Assembly (NCBI GenBank): GCA_041299705.1
Contig: JBGLNM010000001.1
Location: 281,763 to 345,762 of the forward strand
DNA: 64,000 bases
Direction of reading: 5' to 3'
Source: Desulfobacterales bacterium
GTDB taxonomy: Bacteria; Desulfobacterota; Desulfobacteria; Desulfobacterales; JBGLNM01
A model generated the notes under the pieces. It was given only the letters and a program-made list of their open reading frames with translations. It searched no databases and was not told where the DNA came from. Position 1 is the first letter of the stretch. The number at the start of each line of letters is the position of its first letter. The translations under genes and the position numbers were made by a program. Below, piece by piece: positions 29,334 to 39,975 of the stretch.

Positions 29334-29714
29334 TTGGTGGCCTTCCGCGCCACGCTGGAAGAACTCGAGGGCGCGGACGTGCTGCTGCACGTGATCGACG
29401 TCAGCAACCCGCGCTGCCGGGAGCAGACCCGGTCGGTGGAAAGGATCCTGGCCGAGCTGGCCCTGGATCACATCCCCGAAGTGAGGGTCCTGAACAAACA
29501 GGACCGGGCCGACGCGGAAACCGTCGCCCGGCTCCAGGCGCAGCTCGGCGGGATTCCCGCCTGCTCACTGGAGGCGGCGACCCTGCGCCCCCTCATCGCG
29601 GCTCTGGCCGACACCGTGGAACGGCTCCAGGCCGAAATCGAAGCCCCCGACGGGCCCGCGCAAGCCCGGCCCGGCCCCGACAACCCCGGTGCCGGCGACT
29701 CCCATCGGGATTGA
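29334..29714 (+). CDS. hflX: GTPase HflX, C-terminal fragment
   Basis: AFRATLEEL..ADVLLHVID.S, VLNKQD. Confidence 0.85.
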   Translation: MVAFRATLEELEGADVLLHVIDVSNPRCREQTRSVERILAELALDHIPEVRVLNKQDRADAETVARLQAQLGGIPACSLEAATLRPLIAALADTVERLQAEIEAPDGPAQARPGPDNPGAGDSHRD

Positions 29715-29749
29715 CAAGGGCAAGCCGGGAACGGTAAAAGGCGAACCTC

Positions 29750-30547
29750 ATGGACATCGATCGACTGTTGCGAACCGGGATCGCCGCGGCCTACAAGGGA
29801 GGCGAGGTCCTGAACCGACTGCGGGGACGGGTCGCGAACATCCGGGAAAAGGGGCGCGCGGACCTGGTCACCGAAGCGGACACGGCCTCCGAGGCGGCCG
29901 TCATCGCGGCGATCCGGCGCGTGTTCCCGGATCACGGTTTCCTGGCCGAGGAAAGCGGGGCCACGGGGCCGGAGGCCGGCTGCCTCTGGATCATCGACCC
30001 CCTGGACGGCACCACCAACTTCGCCCACGGCCTCGACCTGTTCTGCGTCTCCATCGCCGCGGCCCTCGAGGGCGAGGTGCTGGCGGGGGTCGTGCTCAAC
30101 CCGGCGTCCGGAGAGCTTTTCAGCGCCGCCAGGGGCAAGGGGGCGCACCTCAACGGGGAACCCATCCGGGTGTCGTCGGTTGCCGCCCTCCGGGACAGCC
30201 TCCTGGTGACAGGCTTCCCTTACAACTTCAGGGGGATCGCCGCCACGGTGATGGACCGCTTCGCCCGCTGCGCAGGCGCCGCCCAGGGCGTCCGACGCCT
30301 GGGGGCCGCCGCCCTGGATCTCTGCTTCGTGGCCTGCGGCCGCTTCGATGCTTTCTGGGAGCAGAATCTCCAGCCCTGGGACACGGCCGCGGGGGCCATC
30401 ATCGCCCGCGAGGCCGGCGCCAGCCTCAGCGATTTCAGCAACGGGCCGTTCACGACGGAAAAAAAGGAACTGCTGGCGACCAACGGCAAAGTTCACGCCG
30501 AAATGCTCGCCCTGCTGGCAGTCAGGGATGCGGATGGGAAGGCATAG
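29750..30547 (+). CDS. suhB: Inositol monophosphatase
   Basis: DLVTEAD, FLAEES, WIIDPLDGTTNFAHG, GAAALDLC, WDTAAG. Confidence 0.93.
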   Translation: MDIDRLLRTGIAAAYKGGEVLNRLRGRVANIREKGRADLVTEADTASEAAVIAAIRRVFPDHGFLAEESGATGPEAGCLWIIDPLDGTTNFAHGLDLFCVSIAAALEGEVLAGVVLNPASGELFSAARGKGAHLNGEPIRVSSVAALRDSLLVTGFPYNFRGIAATVMDRFARCAGAAQGVRRLGAAALDLCFVACGRFDAFWEQNLQPWDTAAGAIIAREAGASLSDFSNGPFTTEKKELLATNGKVHAEMLALLAVRDADGKA

Positions 30548-30594
30548 GGCAGCGGGCCGAGGGGGCTTCGCCGGGGGTCTTCGACGGCGGTTGC

Positions 30595-30690
30595 GATCCG
30601 GATTTGAAATGCGATTGCGACAACGACCGATTACGATTGCGATTACGACAACGACAACGAGAAAGAGAACGACAACGAGGACGGGAGAAG
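30595..30690. repeat. Degenerate hexamer repeat element of the same family as 6675 and 23584
   Basis: cgattacgacaacgacaacga at 30640-30660 with flanking cgattg/cgacaa/gagaaa variants. Confidence 0.85.
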
Positions 30691-30731
30691 AACACGCCCC
30701 CCGTTACCAGCGAAAGGTGCTTGAACCAGCG

Positions 30732-30929
30732 ATGAACAAAGCCGCCGATAGGAGCCGCAGGTTGGAAGCGTACATGGGGTGCTTCGGCAATTTCCGGATG
30801 GAGGACCTGGTCTGCAGAAACCGCTGCGCCCTGCGGCTGCGCTGCGCCATCGAGCGTGACCAGAAAGACCGGATGGAGATCATGGCCGAGATGGCGTCCG
30901 GCGAGGAGATCCCCATCACCATCCACTGA
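30732..30929 (+). CDS. Small four-Cys hypothetical protein
   Basis: MNKAADRSRRLEAYMGCFGNF...CRNRC.....C; clean 65-aa ORF converging on the dnaA-like gene. Confidence 0.6.
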   Translation: MNKAADRSRRLEAYMGCFGNFRMEDLVCRNRCALRLRCAIERDQKDRMEIMAEMASGEEIPITIH

Positions 30930-31055
30930 CGCCTTTAGCGTCCGGTAGATTCCCCCCGCGGACGCTGTCCGCGGAAACGACCGGTCCCCGGGACAACCCG
31001 GGGGCCGGTCATTTTTTCAGGCGGGGGGGCGCTCAGGCCTGCGGCTGCCCGGCGG

Positions 31056-32396
31056 TCAGATCCTGCCGCTTTCGATTTTCCCGCACAGGTACTGCAGCTG
31101 CTTGTAGAGCGTACCCTTGTTCTTGGCCTCCTTTTCCACGGCGCTGATGGAATGCAGAACGGTCGCATGGTAACGGTTGAAACTCCGGCCGATCATCTGC
31201 AGGGGGGAATCGGTGTAGCGCCTGGCCAGGAACATGGCGATCTGCCGCGGGCGGACAATGGCATGTTTGCGCGAACGCGAGACCAGGTCCTTGGCCGACA
31301 CCTGGAACTCCTTGCAGACCAGCTTCTTCAGCTGGTCGATGGTGATGTTTTCGCGCTGGCTGACGATCGTCTGCACCACGCTTTCGGCAAGGCCCAGGTC
31401 GATGGGCGTGCCCATGAGGCGCGACTTGGCCGCCACGTGGTTCATTCCGCTCTCCAGCTGGCGGACGTCTTCGGTCAGCTCGCTGGCCAGGTATTCGACG
31501 ACCTCGTCCGGGAAGGCATACCCGCCGGCCTTGGCCTTGGCATTGAGGATGCGCACCCGCGTCCGGAAGGTGGGCGGGTCGATGCGCGACACCAGGCTCG
31601 AGGAGAGCCTGGACCGCAGCTTTTCATCGAGACCGGGAATCTCGGCCGGCGCGAAGGTGCTGGAGAAGATGATCTTCTTTCCCATCTCCATAAGGGAATC
31701 GAGGCTGAAGGCCAGCTCTACCTGGGTGCGGTTCTTGCCGCTCAGGTAGTGGATGTCTTCCAGCAGGAGGACGTCGCACCCGTTGCGGTATTTTTCCTTG
31801 AACTGGTGGATGGCCTTGCGCTGGTAGGCATCGACCATTTCCTGGCTGAAATCGTCGGCGGTGGTGTAATAGACCCGCTGGCCGGGGAACTCCTCGAGGA
31901 CGTGGTTGCCCACCGCCTGGGTGAGGTGGCTTTTGCCCAACCCGGTCTTGGACAGGAGGAACAGGGCGTTCTGGGACCGTTTCCTGGAGGAGGCCAGCGA
32001 CAGGGCGGCCGAAAAGGCGAAATCGTTGCTTCCGGCCACCACGAAGCGCTCGAAGGTGAAGTCCCGGCACAGCAGCCGTCCGTTGCCGGGGCCCCTTCCG
32101 GCCTGGGGCAGACGGAGCTGCTCGCCGGCGGGCGTCTTTCTTTGGCCGGCCTCGGGGCAGGAATCGATTTCGAACGCCACCCGGCATGCCTCGCCCAAGG
32201 CGGTGCCGAAAGCCGCCTCTATCAGCGCGGCATAATGCTCCTGCACCCGCTTGCGCGAAAAAAAGTTCGGGCAGGTCAGGGTGACCTGCTCCCCCTCGCG
32301 CCCGATGCATTTGATGGACTCGATCCACATCCGAAAGCTGTGAAGTGGGATTTGGCCCTTCAGCGCGGCTTTGACTTCCTTCCAGATCGCTTCCAT
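31056..32396 (-). CDS. dnaA: DnaA-like replication initiator (divergent paralogue)
   Basis: SFRMWI, CPNFF, FTFERFVV...NDFA, KTGLGKSHL, LLLEDIH, RLSSSL, DVRQLES, SRKHAIVRPRQIAMFLAR, RYHATVLHS. Confidence 0.85.
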   Translation of the reverse strand: MEAIWKEVKAALKGQIPLHSFRMWIESIKCIGREGEQVTLTCPNFFSRKRVQEHYAALIEAAFGTALGEACRVAFEIDSCPEAGQRKTPAGEQLRLPQAGRGPGNGRLLCRDFTFERFVVAGSNDFAFSAALSLASSRKRSQNALFLLSKTGLGKSHLTQAVGNHVLEEFPGQRVYYTTADDFSQEMVDAYQRKAIHQFKEKYRNGCDVLLLEDIHYLSGKNRTQVELAFSLDSLMEMGKKIIFSSTFAPAEIPGLDEKLRSRLSSSLVSRIDPPTFRTRVRILNAKAKAGGYAFPDEVVEYLASELTEDVRQLESGMNHVAAKSRLMGTPIDLGLAESVVQTIVSQRENITIDQLKKLVCKEFQVSAKDLVSRSRKHAIVRPRQIAMFLARRYTDSPLQMIGRSFNRYHATVLHSISAVEKEAKNKGTLYKQLQYLCGKIESGRI

Positions 32397-32965
32397 AAAA
32401 CCGATCGCCCTCGTCTGCGGAACAATGAAATACGGACTCAACGCCCCGTGGGGGCGCTAAAAAATCAGTGAGATGAGATCTGTAAGGAAAATTTGGGTTG
32501 AGTGGAAAATACAAATAACCCGCGAGATGATGCCAGCCTGATTATGGGATTGCCCGGGGGGTGTCAAATCGAATACCGAGGGATCAGGCGGGTTTTTCCG
32601 GGGTGGTTTTCGACAGCATGCATCCTGTTGTTATAAAGACCTTTTTATTCAGGAGGGCCACAAGTGCCTCTCCTCACGACTTTTTCCGATTATTCGGTTT
32701 GTGTAAGCATTCTAAGGGCATCCATGGGGTCCGGACCGTTTTCGACAAAAATTTTTCCTTCGATAATCTCGCAAAAACCGCCTCGTTCTGCAAAAATCGC
32801 TTTTGCCCGCATGGGGCCGCCGGCCGCCCCGGGGTGGCGCCCGGCGGGCGCGATGGGGCTAGGCCCCGCTGAAAATGTTTGAAAAATTCCGGGCTGGCAG
32901 GTATGGTCAGCAGTTGCAGGGACCGCGTCAGGCAGAGACCCCCAGCCATCCCGAAACGGCAGCTT

Positions 32966-33187
32966 ATGGAATCCGACCGCATCATCGTCCGGGGCGCCCG
33001 GCAGCACAATCTGAAAAACATCGACGTCTCCCTTCCCCGCAACCGCCTGGTGGTGGTGACCGGCCTGTCCGGCTCGGGAAAATCCTCCCTGGCGTTCGAC
33101 ACGCTCTATGCCGAAGGCCAGCGCCGATACGTCGAGTCGCTGTCGAGCTACGCGCGGCAGTTCCTCGGCAGCATGGACAAGCCGGAG
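32966..33187 (+). CDS. uvrA: Excinuclease ABC subunit A, N-terminal fragment cut at a junction
   Basis: [55 protein letters not shown]. Confidence 0.95.
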
Positions 33188-33207
33188 CTTCCGATCTCTT
33201 CCGATCT
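33188..33207. other. Illumina adapter remnant(s) at a contig junction
   Basis: CTTCCGATCT occurs twice in tandem. The minus strand reads AGATCGGAAGAG (33207-33196), the start of the TruSeq read-through adapter. Confidence 0.85.
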
Positions 33208-33640
33208 GCCGCAGCATCGGGGAAGGCACTCCGGCGTAGTAGCGCACCGGCCGCACGCAGGCATACAGGTCGAGTTCCTGGCGCAGCGACACGTTGAGGG
33301 ACCGGAACCCGCCGCCCACCGGCGTGGTCAGGGGGCCCTTGATGGAGACGACCAGGTCCCTCATGGCCGCGAGGGTTTCGGCCGGGAAGCAGTCGCCGTC
33401 GTAGGTCGCGGCGGCCTTTTCACCCATGTAAAGCTCGCACCAGCGAATCTTCCTCCTTCCGCCGTAAGCCTTTTCCACGGCGGCGTCCCAGACCCTGAGA
33501 CTGGCCCGGGTGATGTCGGGCCCGATGCCGTCACCCTCCACAAACCCGACGATGGGACGGTCGGGAACCGACAGCCTGCCCCCGGCGACGCGAATCTTCT
33601 CGCCGTCGGCAGGCAGGCGCACACGCTGGTATGCGGTCAT
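33208..33640 (-). CDS. icd: NADP-dependent isocitrate dehydrogenase, N-terminal fragment
   Basis: [57 protein letters not shown]. Confidence 0.93.
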
Positions 33641-33816
33641 CTTTTTCTCCTGCGGTGGGCCGGTTCCGCGCGCCGCCCGGGGGCTCTGAAGCGGCGGCGG
33701 CAGGTCCGGCATTGGTGGTTGACATTGGCGCATGCCTACGCTTAAATAGCGACGAAAAACAAGCATATCACAAGGTCTGGCGCGGAACAACAGATCCAGC
33801 TGCGGACAGGTGACCG

Positions 33817-36546
33817 ATGGATTTGCCCGAAACGCTCAACATGGACTACATCGATGCCCAGTACCGGCTCTGGAAGGATGACCCGGAGGCGGTGCCGCGC
33901 GACTGGCGCTTTTTCTTCAGAGGCTTCGAGACGGCCGCCGGCGCGGCGCCCGCGCCCCCCGGGGAGGACCCCCACGAGGCGGCCGTTCGGCAGTCGCGGG
34001 TGGATGCGTTGATCCACCGCCACCGGGATCTCGGGCACCTGCTGTCGTGCCTCGACCCCCTGGCGGCCTGCCCCAGCGCCCACCCGCTGCTGGACCTGGA
34101 AGCCTTCGACCTCGAGCCGCGGGACCTGGAGCGGGAGTTTTTCTCCCACGGGTTGACGGGCTCCTCCCGGGCACCCCTGAAAGAGATCCTCAAAGCCCTC
34201 CGGGAGACCTACTGCCGGGCGGTGGGCGTGGAGTACATGCACCTCCAGGACCCGGGCGAACGGCGCTGGCTTCAGGCGCGCATGGAGCCCGCCCGCAACC
34301 GGCCGGACCCGGAGGGGCCGCTGCGCCTGGACATATTGAGGAAAATCTGCCGCGCGGCGCGCTTCGAACAGTTCCTGCACCGGCAGTACGCCGGCCAGAC
34401 GCGGTTCTCCCTCGAGGGCGCAGAGGCCCTCATCCCCCTGCTCGGCACCCTTGTCCAGGCGGCCGCGGACCACGGGGGGCGCGAGATCATTTTGGGCACC
34501 GCGCACCGCGGCCGCCTGAACATCCAGGCCCACGTCCTCGAAAAACCCTACGCCGACATCTTCGGCGAGTTCGAGTACTGCCACGACCCGGAGCACTACG
34601 TCGGCGCCGGGGACGTCAAGTACCACAACGGCTACCTGGCGGACCTGGCCTCCGGCGGGGGGCGCCGCTTGCGGATCCTGCTGATGAGCAACCCCAGCCA
34701 CCTGGAATCGGTCGACCCGGTGGTGGAGGGGTTTGCGCGCGCGCGCCAGGAAATGCAGGCGGCCGACGGGTTCCGGCGGGTGGTCCCCCTGCTCATCCAC
34801 GGGGATGCGGCCTTCGCCGGCCAGGGGATCGTGGCCGAGACCCTCAACATGTCCCAGCTGGACGGCTACGGCACCGGCGGCACGCTGCACGTCATCATCA
34901 ACAACCAGATCGGCTACACCACCCTGCCCGAGGACGCCCGGTCCTCGCGCTACTCCACGGACGTGGCCAAGATGATCATGGTCCCCATATTCCACGTCCA
35001 CGGGGAGGATCCCGACGCCGTGGTGCACGCCGCCCGCCTGGCTGCGGACTACCGGGCGGCCTTCGGCAAGGACGTCGTCATCGACCTGGTCTGCTATCGG
35101 CGCCACGGCCACAACGAGGGCGACGAGCCCTACTTCACCCAGCCGCGGATGTACGACCGCATCCGCGACCGACCCCCCCTTTACCGGGTCTACGCCCAAG
35201 AACTGATCGGCGCGGGGCTGCTGACCGAGGGCGATCTGGCGCGGATGGAGGAGCGGATCGACGGCGAGCTGCAGGGGGCCCACCGGGAAGCCCTGGAAGG
35301 CACCTGCCGCCTGGTCGACCGGGGGTTCTTCGAAAACTGGGAGGGCTATCACGGCCATTATTCCCACGACCCCTTCGACAGCGGCGTGGCGCAGGCGGCC
35401 CTGGTCGACCTGGCCCGGCGCCTGAACCGTGTCCCCGAGGGGTTCAACCTGCACCCCAAGCTCAAGCGCCTGTTGGACAAGCGCCTCGACTGCGTGGAAA
35501 AGGGGGCGGGGATCGACTGGGCCAACGCCGAAAGCCTGGCCTTCGCCACGCTTCTGGCCGAGGGGCACCCGGTCCGGCTGAGCGGCCAGGACAGCCAGCG
35601 GGGCACCTTCAGCCAGCGGCACAGCGTCCTGAGCGACACGCAAAGCGGCGGGCACTTTGCGCCCCTGTCCCACCTGTCGGCCGGGCAGGCGGCCTTCGGC
35701 GTTCACAACAGCCTGCTGTCGGAGGCCGGGGTCCTCGGTTTCGAATACGGCTATGCGGCGGCCCAGCCCCGGGGGTTGACCCTGTGGGAGGCCCAGTTCG
35801 GCGATTTCGTCAACAACGCCCAGGCGGCCTTCGACCTGTACATCGCCAGCGGGGAGGCCAAGTGGCAGCGCCTCAACGGCCTGGTGCTGCTGCTGCCCCA
35901 CGGCTGGGAAGGGCTCGGCCCGGAACACTCCAGCGCGCGCCTGGAGCGTTTCCTGCAGCTGTGCGCCGGGGACAACATCCAGGTCTGCAACGCCACCACC
36001 CCGGCGCAGTATTTTCACCTCCTGCGGCGCCAGGCCCTGCGTTCCGTGCGCAAGCCCCTGGTGGTGATGGCGCCCAAAAGCCTGCTGCGGCACCCCCTGG
36101 CGGTGTCGTCCCTCGAGGAGCTGGTCTCCGGGCGGTTCCGCGAGGTCCTCGACGACCCCCTGCCCCTGGAGGCGCCCGAGCGGGTTCTCTTCTGCAGCGG
36201 CAAGATCTTTTTCGACCTCCACCAGCGGCGCGAGGCGCTCGGGAAGTCCGACATCGCCCTGGTCCGCCTGGAGCAGTGCTATCCGTTTCCCTACGCCCAG
36301 GTCGAAGCCCTGCTGGGAAACTACCGCGACATCCGCCAGTGGTGCTGGGTGCAGGAGGAGCCGGTCAACATGGGCGCGGGCGGCTTCGTGCTGCCGCGCC
36401 TGGAAAATCTCATCGGCCGGCCGGTGCGCCTCGTCGGGCGCAAGGCCTCCGCCAGCCCGGCCACAGGGTTTCCGCCGGTCTACCGCCGGGAGCAGGCCGA
36501 TATCGTCGAACAGGCCGTGGGGCCGCCTGGCGCCGCGCAGGGTTAG
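33817..36546 (+). CDS. sucA: 2-oxoglutarate dehydrogenase E1
   Basis: [73 protein letters not shown]. Confidence 0.97.
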   Translation: MDLPETLNMDYIDAQYRLWKDDPEAVPRDWRFFFRGFETAAGAAPAPPGEDPHEAAVRQSRVDALIHRHRDLGHLLSCLDPLAACPSAHPLLDLEAFDLEPRDLEREFFSHGLTGSSRAPLKEILKALRETYCRAVGVEYMHLQDPGERRWLQARMEPARNRPDPEGPLRLDILRKICRAARFEQFLHRQYAGQTRFSLEGAEALIPLLGTLVQAAADHGGREIILGTAHRGRLNIQAHVLEKPYADIFGEFEYCHDPEHYVGAGDVKYHNGYLADLASGGGRRLRILLMSNPSHLESVDPVVEGFARARQEMQAADGFRRVVPLLIHGDAAFAGQGIVAETLNMSQLDGYGTGGTLHVIINNQIGYTTLPEDARSSRYSTDVAKMIMVPIFHVHGEDPDAVVHAARLAADYRAAFGKDVVIDLVCYRRHGHNEGDEPYFTQPRMYDRIRDRPPLYRVYAQELIGAGLLTEGDLARMEERIDGELQGAHREALEGTCRLVDRGFFENWEGYHGHYSHDPFDSGVAQAALVDLARRLNRVPEGFNLHPKLKRLLDKRLDCVEKGAGIDWANAESLAFATLLAEGHPVRLSGQDSQRGTFSQRHSVLSDTQSGGHFAPLSHLSAGQAAFGVHNSLLSEAGVLGFEYGYAAAQPRGLTLWEAQFGDFVNNAQAAFDLYIASGEAKWQRLNGLVLLLPHGWEGLGPEHSSARLERFLQLCAGDNIQVCNATTPAQYFHLLRRQALRSVRKPLVVMAPKSLLRHPLAVSSLEELVSGRFREVLDDPLPLEAPERVLFCSGKIFFDLHQRREALGKSDIALVRLEQCYPFPYAQVEALLGNYRDIRQWCWVQEEPVNMGAGGFVLPRLENLIGRPVRLVGRKASASPATGFPPVYRREQADIVEQAVGPPGAAQG

Positions 36547-36601
36547 CCGGCGCCGGAAGCGGACGCACGAAAACAACGTCACACAGAGAGGTGGAGCCGC
36601 C

Positions 36602-37870
36602 ATGGCGCTCGAGATCAAGGTCCCCAGCGTGGGGGAATCGGTCAAGGAGGCGGTCCTGGCCCAATGGTTCAAAACGGACGGCGACCGGGTCCGGAAGGAC
36701 GAACCCCTTTTCGTGATCGAGACCGACAAGGTCACCCTCGAAGTGGTGGCACCGGCCGACGGCACCCTCAGGATCATGGCCGCCGAGGGGGAGACGGTGG
36801 CCATCGGTGCGGTGGTGGCCACCATCGACGCGGCGGCCGGGAGCGCGGCCAAGGCTCCCGAGGCGAAGAAACCCGAGCGGCTGGAAGCCCCCGGGGACGT
36901 GAAGCCCGGGCAGCCCGAGGCCCCGGAGTCGCCGGCACCGGCTTCCGGGGGGCGTGAAACCGGGACCCGGCCGGGCGAAGCGGCCCCGGCCCCCCCGGGC
37001 ACGGGTCGTATTCTGTCCCCGGCGGTCCGGCGCCTGGTGGCCGAAAGGGGGCTGGACGCCCAAGGGATCCCTGCCAGCGGACCCGGCGGGCGCCTGACCA
37101 AGATGGACGTGCTGCTTTACCTGGAGCAGGCCGGGGCCGCGCCGCCGGCCGCCGCGCGGGAGGCGGTCCGGGAAGGCGTGCGCCGCAAGCCCATGAGCCC
37201 CATCCGGCGGCGGATCGCGGCCCGGCTGCTGGAAGCCCGGCAGAACACGGCGATGCTGACCACCTTCAACGAAATCGACATGAGCCATGCCATGGCCCTG
37301 CGCAGCCGGTACAAGGACGCTTTCAAAAAGCGGCACGGCGTCGGCCTCGGCTACATGTCGTTTTTCATCAAGGCGTGCGTCCCGGCCCTCGGGGAGTTTC
37401 CCGCCATCAACGCCTTCATCGACGGCGAGGACATCGTCTACCACGACTACTGCCACATCGGGGTGGCCGTCGGGTCCGGGCGCGGGCTGGTGGTGCCGGT
37501 GATCCGCCACGCGGAGGCGCTCGGCTTCGCCGAGCTGGAGCGGGCCATCGTCGACTTCGTTTCCAAGGTCGAGGAAAACCGGCTGGAACTGGCGGACCTG
37601 GAAGGGGGCACCTTCACCGTGACCAACGGCGGGGTCTTCGGGTCGCTCCTGAGCACCCCCATTCTCAATACCCCCCAGAGCGGCATCCTCGGAATGCACA
37701 AGATCGAGAAGCGGCCGGTGGTCGTCGACGACGCCATCGTCGTGCGCCCCATGATGTACGTGGCCCTGAGCTACGACCACCGCATCGTCGACGGCCGGGA
37801 AGCGGTCACCTGCCTGCTGCGGATCAAGGAATTGGTCGAGAACCCCGAACGGATGATGATGGAGGTTTGA
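36602..37870 (+). CDS. sucB: Dihydrolipoamide succinyltransferase E2
   Basis: Lipoyl motif IETDKV, SPAVRRL binding domain, MLTTFNEIDM, TFTVTNGG.FGS..STPI, SYDHRIVDG. Confidence 0.96.
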   Translation: MALEIKVPSVGESVKEAVLAQWFKTDGDRVRKDEPLFVIETDKVTLEVVAPADGTLRIMAAEGETVAIGAVVATIDAAAGSAAKAPEAKKPERLEAPGDVKPGQPEAPESPAPASGGRETGTRPGEAAPAPPGTGRILSPAVRRLVAERGLDAQGIPASGPGGRLTKMDVLLYLEQAGAAPPAAAREAVREGVRRKPMSPIRRRIAARLLEARQNTAMLTTFNEIDMSHAMALRSRYKDAFKKRHGVGLGYMSFFIKACVPALGEFPAINAFIDGEDIVYHDYCHIGVAVGSGRGLVVPVIRHAEALGFAELERAIVDFVSKVEENRLELADLEGGTFTVTNGGVFGSLLSTPILNTPQSGILGMHKIEKRPVVVDDAIVVRPMMYVALSYDHRIVDGREAVTCLLRIKELVENPERMMMEV

Positions 37871-37872
37871 TC

Positions 37873-39300
37873 ATGGCCAGGACGGAAACCTTCGACCTGA
37901 TCATTGTGGGCGCGGGTCCCGGAGGGTACGTGGCGGCGGTGCGCGGTGCGCAGCTCGGGCTCAAGGTGGCCTGCATCGAAAAAGAGGCGCGCCTGGGAGG
38001 GGTGTGCCTCAACGTCGGCTGCATCCCCAGCAAGGCCCTCCTCGACTCCAGCGAATACTTCCACCTGGCGCGGGATCACTTTGGCGCCCACGGGATCCAG
38101 ACCGGCAAGGTGACCTTCGACCTGGCGGCCATGATGGCCCGCAAGGACAGGGTCGTCGCGGAGCTCACCGCCAACGTGCAAAAGCTGCTGGAAGGCAACG
38201 GCGTGCGCATCGTCCGCGGGACGGCCCGGCTGGAGGCCAGGGACCGGGTGGCGGTGGAGGAAGGCGAAGGGTCTTCGCCCGGGCGGCCCGCCTCCATCTA
38301 CGAAGCCAAGTCGATCCTCCTGGCCACCGGCAGCGAACCGGCGGCCCTGCCCGGGCTGGCGTTCGACGGGGAGCGGATCGTCAGCTCCAGCGAGGCGCTG
38401 GCCTTCGATGCGGTTCCCAAGGCGCTGGGGGTCGTGGGAGGCGGTTACATCGGCCTCGAGCTGGGGTCGGTCTGGCAGCGGCTGGGAAGCCGGGTGACCG
38501 TCGTCGAGGCGCTGCCCAGGGCCGCCTCCACGCTGGACGGGCAGGTGGGCCGGGCCCTGGAGCGGCTCCTCAGGAAGCAGGGCCTCGAGCTGCGGCTGCA
38601 GACCCGGGTCGTGGGCGCCGAGGTCGACGGCCGCACGGTCGCGGTGACCCTGGAGGCCGGGGGCGGGACGGAGACCGTGCGCTTCGACCGCCTCCTGGTG
38701 GCCGTGGGGCGGCGGCCCCTGACGCGCGGTCTCGGCCTGGAGGAACTGGGGGTGGAGACCGACCCCAAAAGCGGGCATCTGGTCGTGGACGCCAACTACC
38801 GCACCAGCGTTCCCGGGATCTACGCCATCGGCGACCTGGTACCGGGCCCGATGCTGGCCCACAAGGCCTCGGCCGAGGGGGTAGCGGCGGTGGAGGCGAT
38901 CGCCGGCCTGCCCGGCGAGGTGAACTACGACACCCTGCCGGCGGTCATCTACACCTGGCCCGAGGTCGCCAGCGTGGGGCTCACCGAGGAGGAGGTCAAG
39001 GCCCGCAACATTCCTTACTGCGTGGGCAGCTACCCTTTCACCGGGGCCGGCCGTGCCCGCTGCATGGGCGAGACCGAGGGTTTCGTCAAGCTCATCGCCC
39101 ACGGCCGCAGCGACCGGGTTCTCGGGGTTCACATCATCGGCCCGCGGGCCGCGGACATGATCGCCGAATGCGTCCTGGCCATGGAGTTCGGGGCCAGCTC
39201 GGAAGACATCGCCCGCACCGTCCACGGCCACCCCACCTTTGCCGAGGCGCTGCAGGAGGCGGCCATGGCGGTCAGGAAGTGTTCCATCTACGCATCTTAA
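37873..39300 (+). CDS. lpdA: Dihydrolipoamide dehydrogenase E3
   Basis: GAGPGGYVAA, GGVCLNVGCIPSK, GGGYIGLE, MLAHKA, HGHPTFAE. Confidence 0.96.
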   Translation: MARTETFDLIIVGAGPGGYVAAVRGAQLGLKVACIEKEARLGGVCLNVGCIPSKALLDSSEYFHLARDHFGAHGIQTGKVTFDLAAMMARKDRVVAELTANVQKLLEGNGVRIVRGTARLEARDRVAVEEGEGSSPGRPASIYEAKSILLATGSEPAALPGLAFDGERIVSSSEALAFDAVPKALGVVGGGYIGLELGSVWQRLGSRVTVVEALPRAASTLDGQVGRALERLLRKQGLELRLQTRVVGAEVDGRTVAVTLEAGGGTETVRFDRLLVAVGRRPLTRGLGLEELGVETDPKSGHLVVDANYRTSVPGIYAIGDLVPGPMLAHKASAEGVAAVEAIAGLPGEVNYDTLPAVIYTWPEVASVGLTEEEVKARNIPYCVGSYPFTGAGRARCMGETEGFVKLIAHGRSDRVLGVHIIGPRAADMIAECVLAMEFGASSEDIARTVHGHPTFAEALQEAAMAVRKCSIYAS

Positions 39301-39346
39301 AATGGCTCATGCAGGAAACGCCTCCACACTCCCCGGTGATCCTGGA

Positions 39347-39712
39347 TCACGCAAAGATGTTCTGCGGGATGTACGGGTGGGAACCTTCGACCACTTCGAC
39401 GCCCGCCTTGGCCTTGATCTTGGCGACGATCGTGTCCCGGTAGGGGCAGTGGTCCACCAGGCAGGCGGCCACATGCACCCTGGTGGGCTTCTCGTTGAGG
39501 GGCGCATTCCAGAGCTTCACCTGGGCCAGGCGCGGCACGATGCCGGCCCCCGGGCAGTCGCCGCAGCTGAGCAGGGCCATGAGTTCCGCCTCCTGGCCCT
39601 TGTAGCGGGCGAACTCGCCTTCGCGCCGGTTGAAGGCCACCAGGCAGCGCGAGCAGCCGATACAGACATCATCCATGACCCGCTTGCATCCCACGATCAA
39701 CACCTTTTCCAT
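39347..39712 (-). CDS. CGGC-domain protein
   Basis: VGC, CIGCSRC, SCGDCPG, C...HCPY, EGSH; AAGGAGGG RBS upstream. Confidence 0.85.
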   Translation of the reverse strand: MEKVLIVGCKRVMDDVCIGCSRCLVAFNRREGEFARYKGQEAELMALLSCGDCPGAGIVPRLAQVKLWNAPLNEKPTRVHVAACLVDHCPYRDTIVAKIKAKAGVEVVEGSHPYIPQNIFA

Positions 39713-39975
39713 GATTCCCTCCTTTCTGAATAGAAAGCGCTGTCCCGGACCCTGCACACGGTATCCTATTTCTGATATGGCTTCCATAGCCTGAAAGCGG
39801 ATGGCATGTCAAAGCCCTTCAGGGCAGGTCCGCCGGGCGAGGACTCCGCGGCAGCCTCGCGTGCGGCGGTTGCAATTCGTGGCCGAATGTTCGATAAGAG
39901 ACAACCGGGAACGCCCTTTTTCCCCGGGCGAAACGCTGGAGACAAACAGATGCCGCCTGATTCCGACGCGATGCC

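Noticed and set aside
27614-29737. Cyclase-HflX fusion or programmed frameshift
   Set aside because: Both genes are cut mid-domain at ~29333, consistent with a contig join; no slippery site is evident.
32400-32965. oriC upstream of the dnaA-like gene
   Set aside because: The region is AT-rich, but I found no perfect DnaA box (best is a single two-mismatch AGTGGAAAA) and there is no dnaN or gyrB context.
32966-33640. uvrA and icd as true pseudogenes
   Set aside because: Motifs are perfectly conserved up to a shared breakpoint that contains Illumina adapter sequence.
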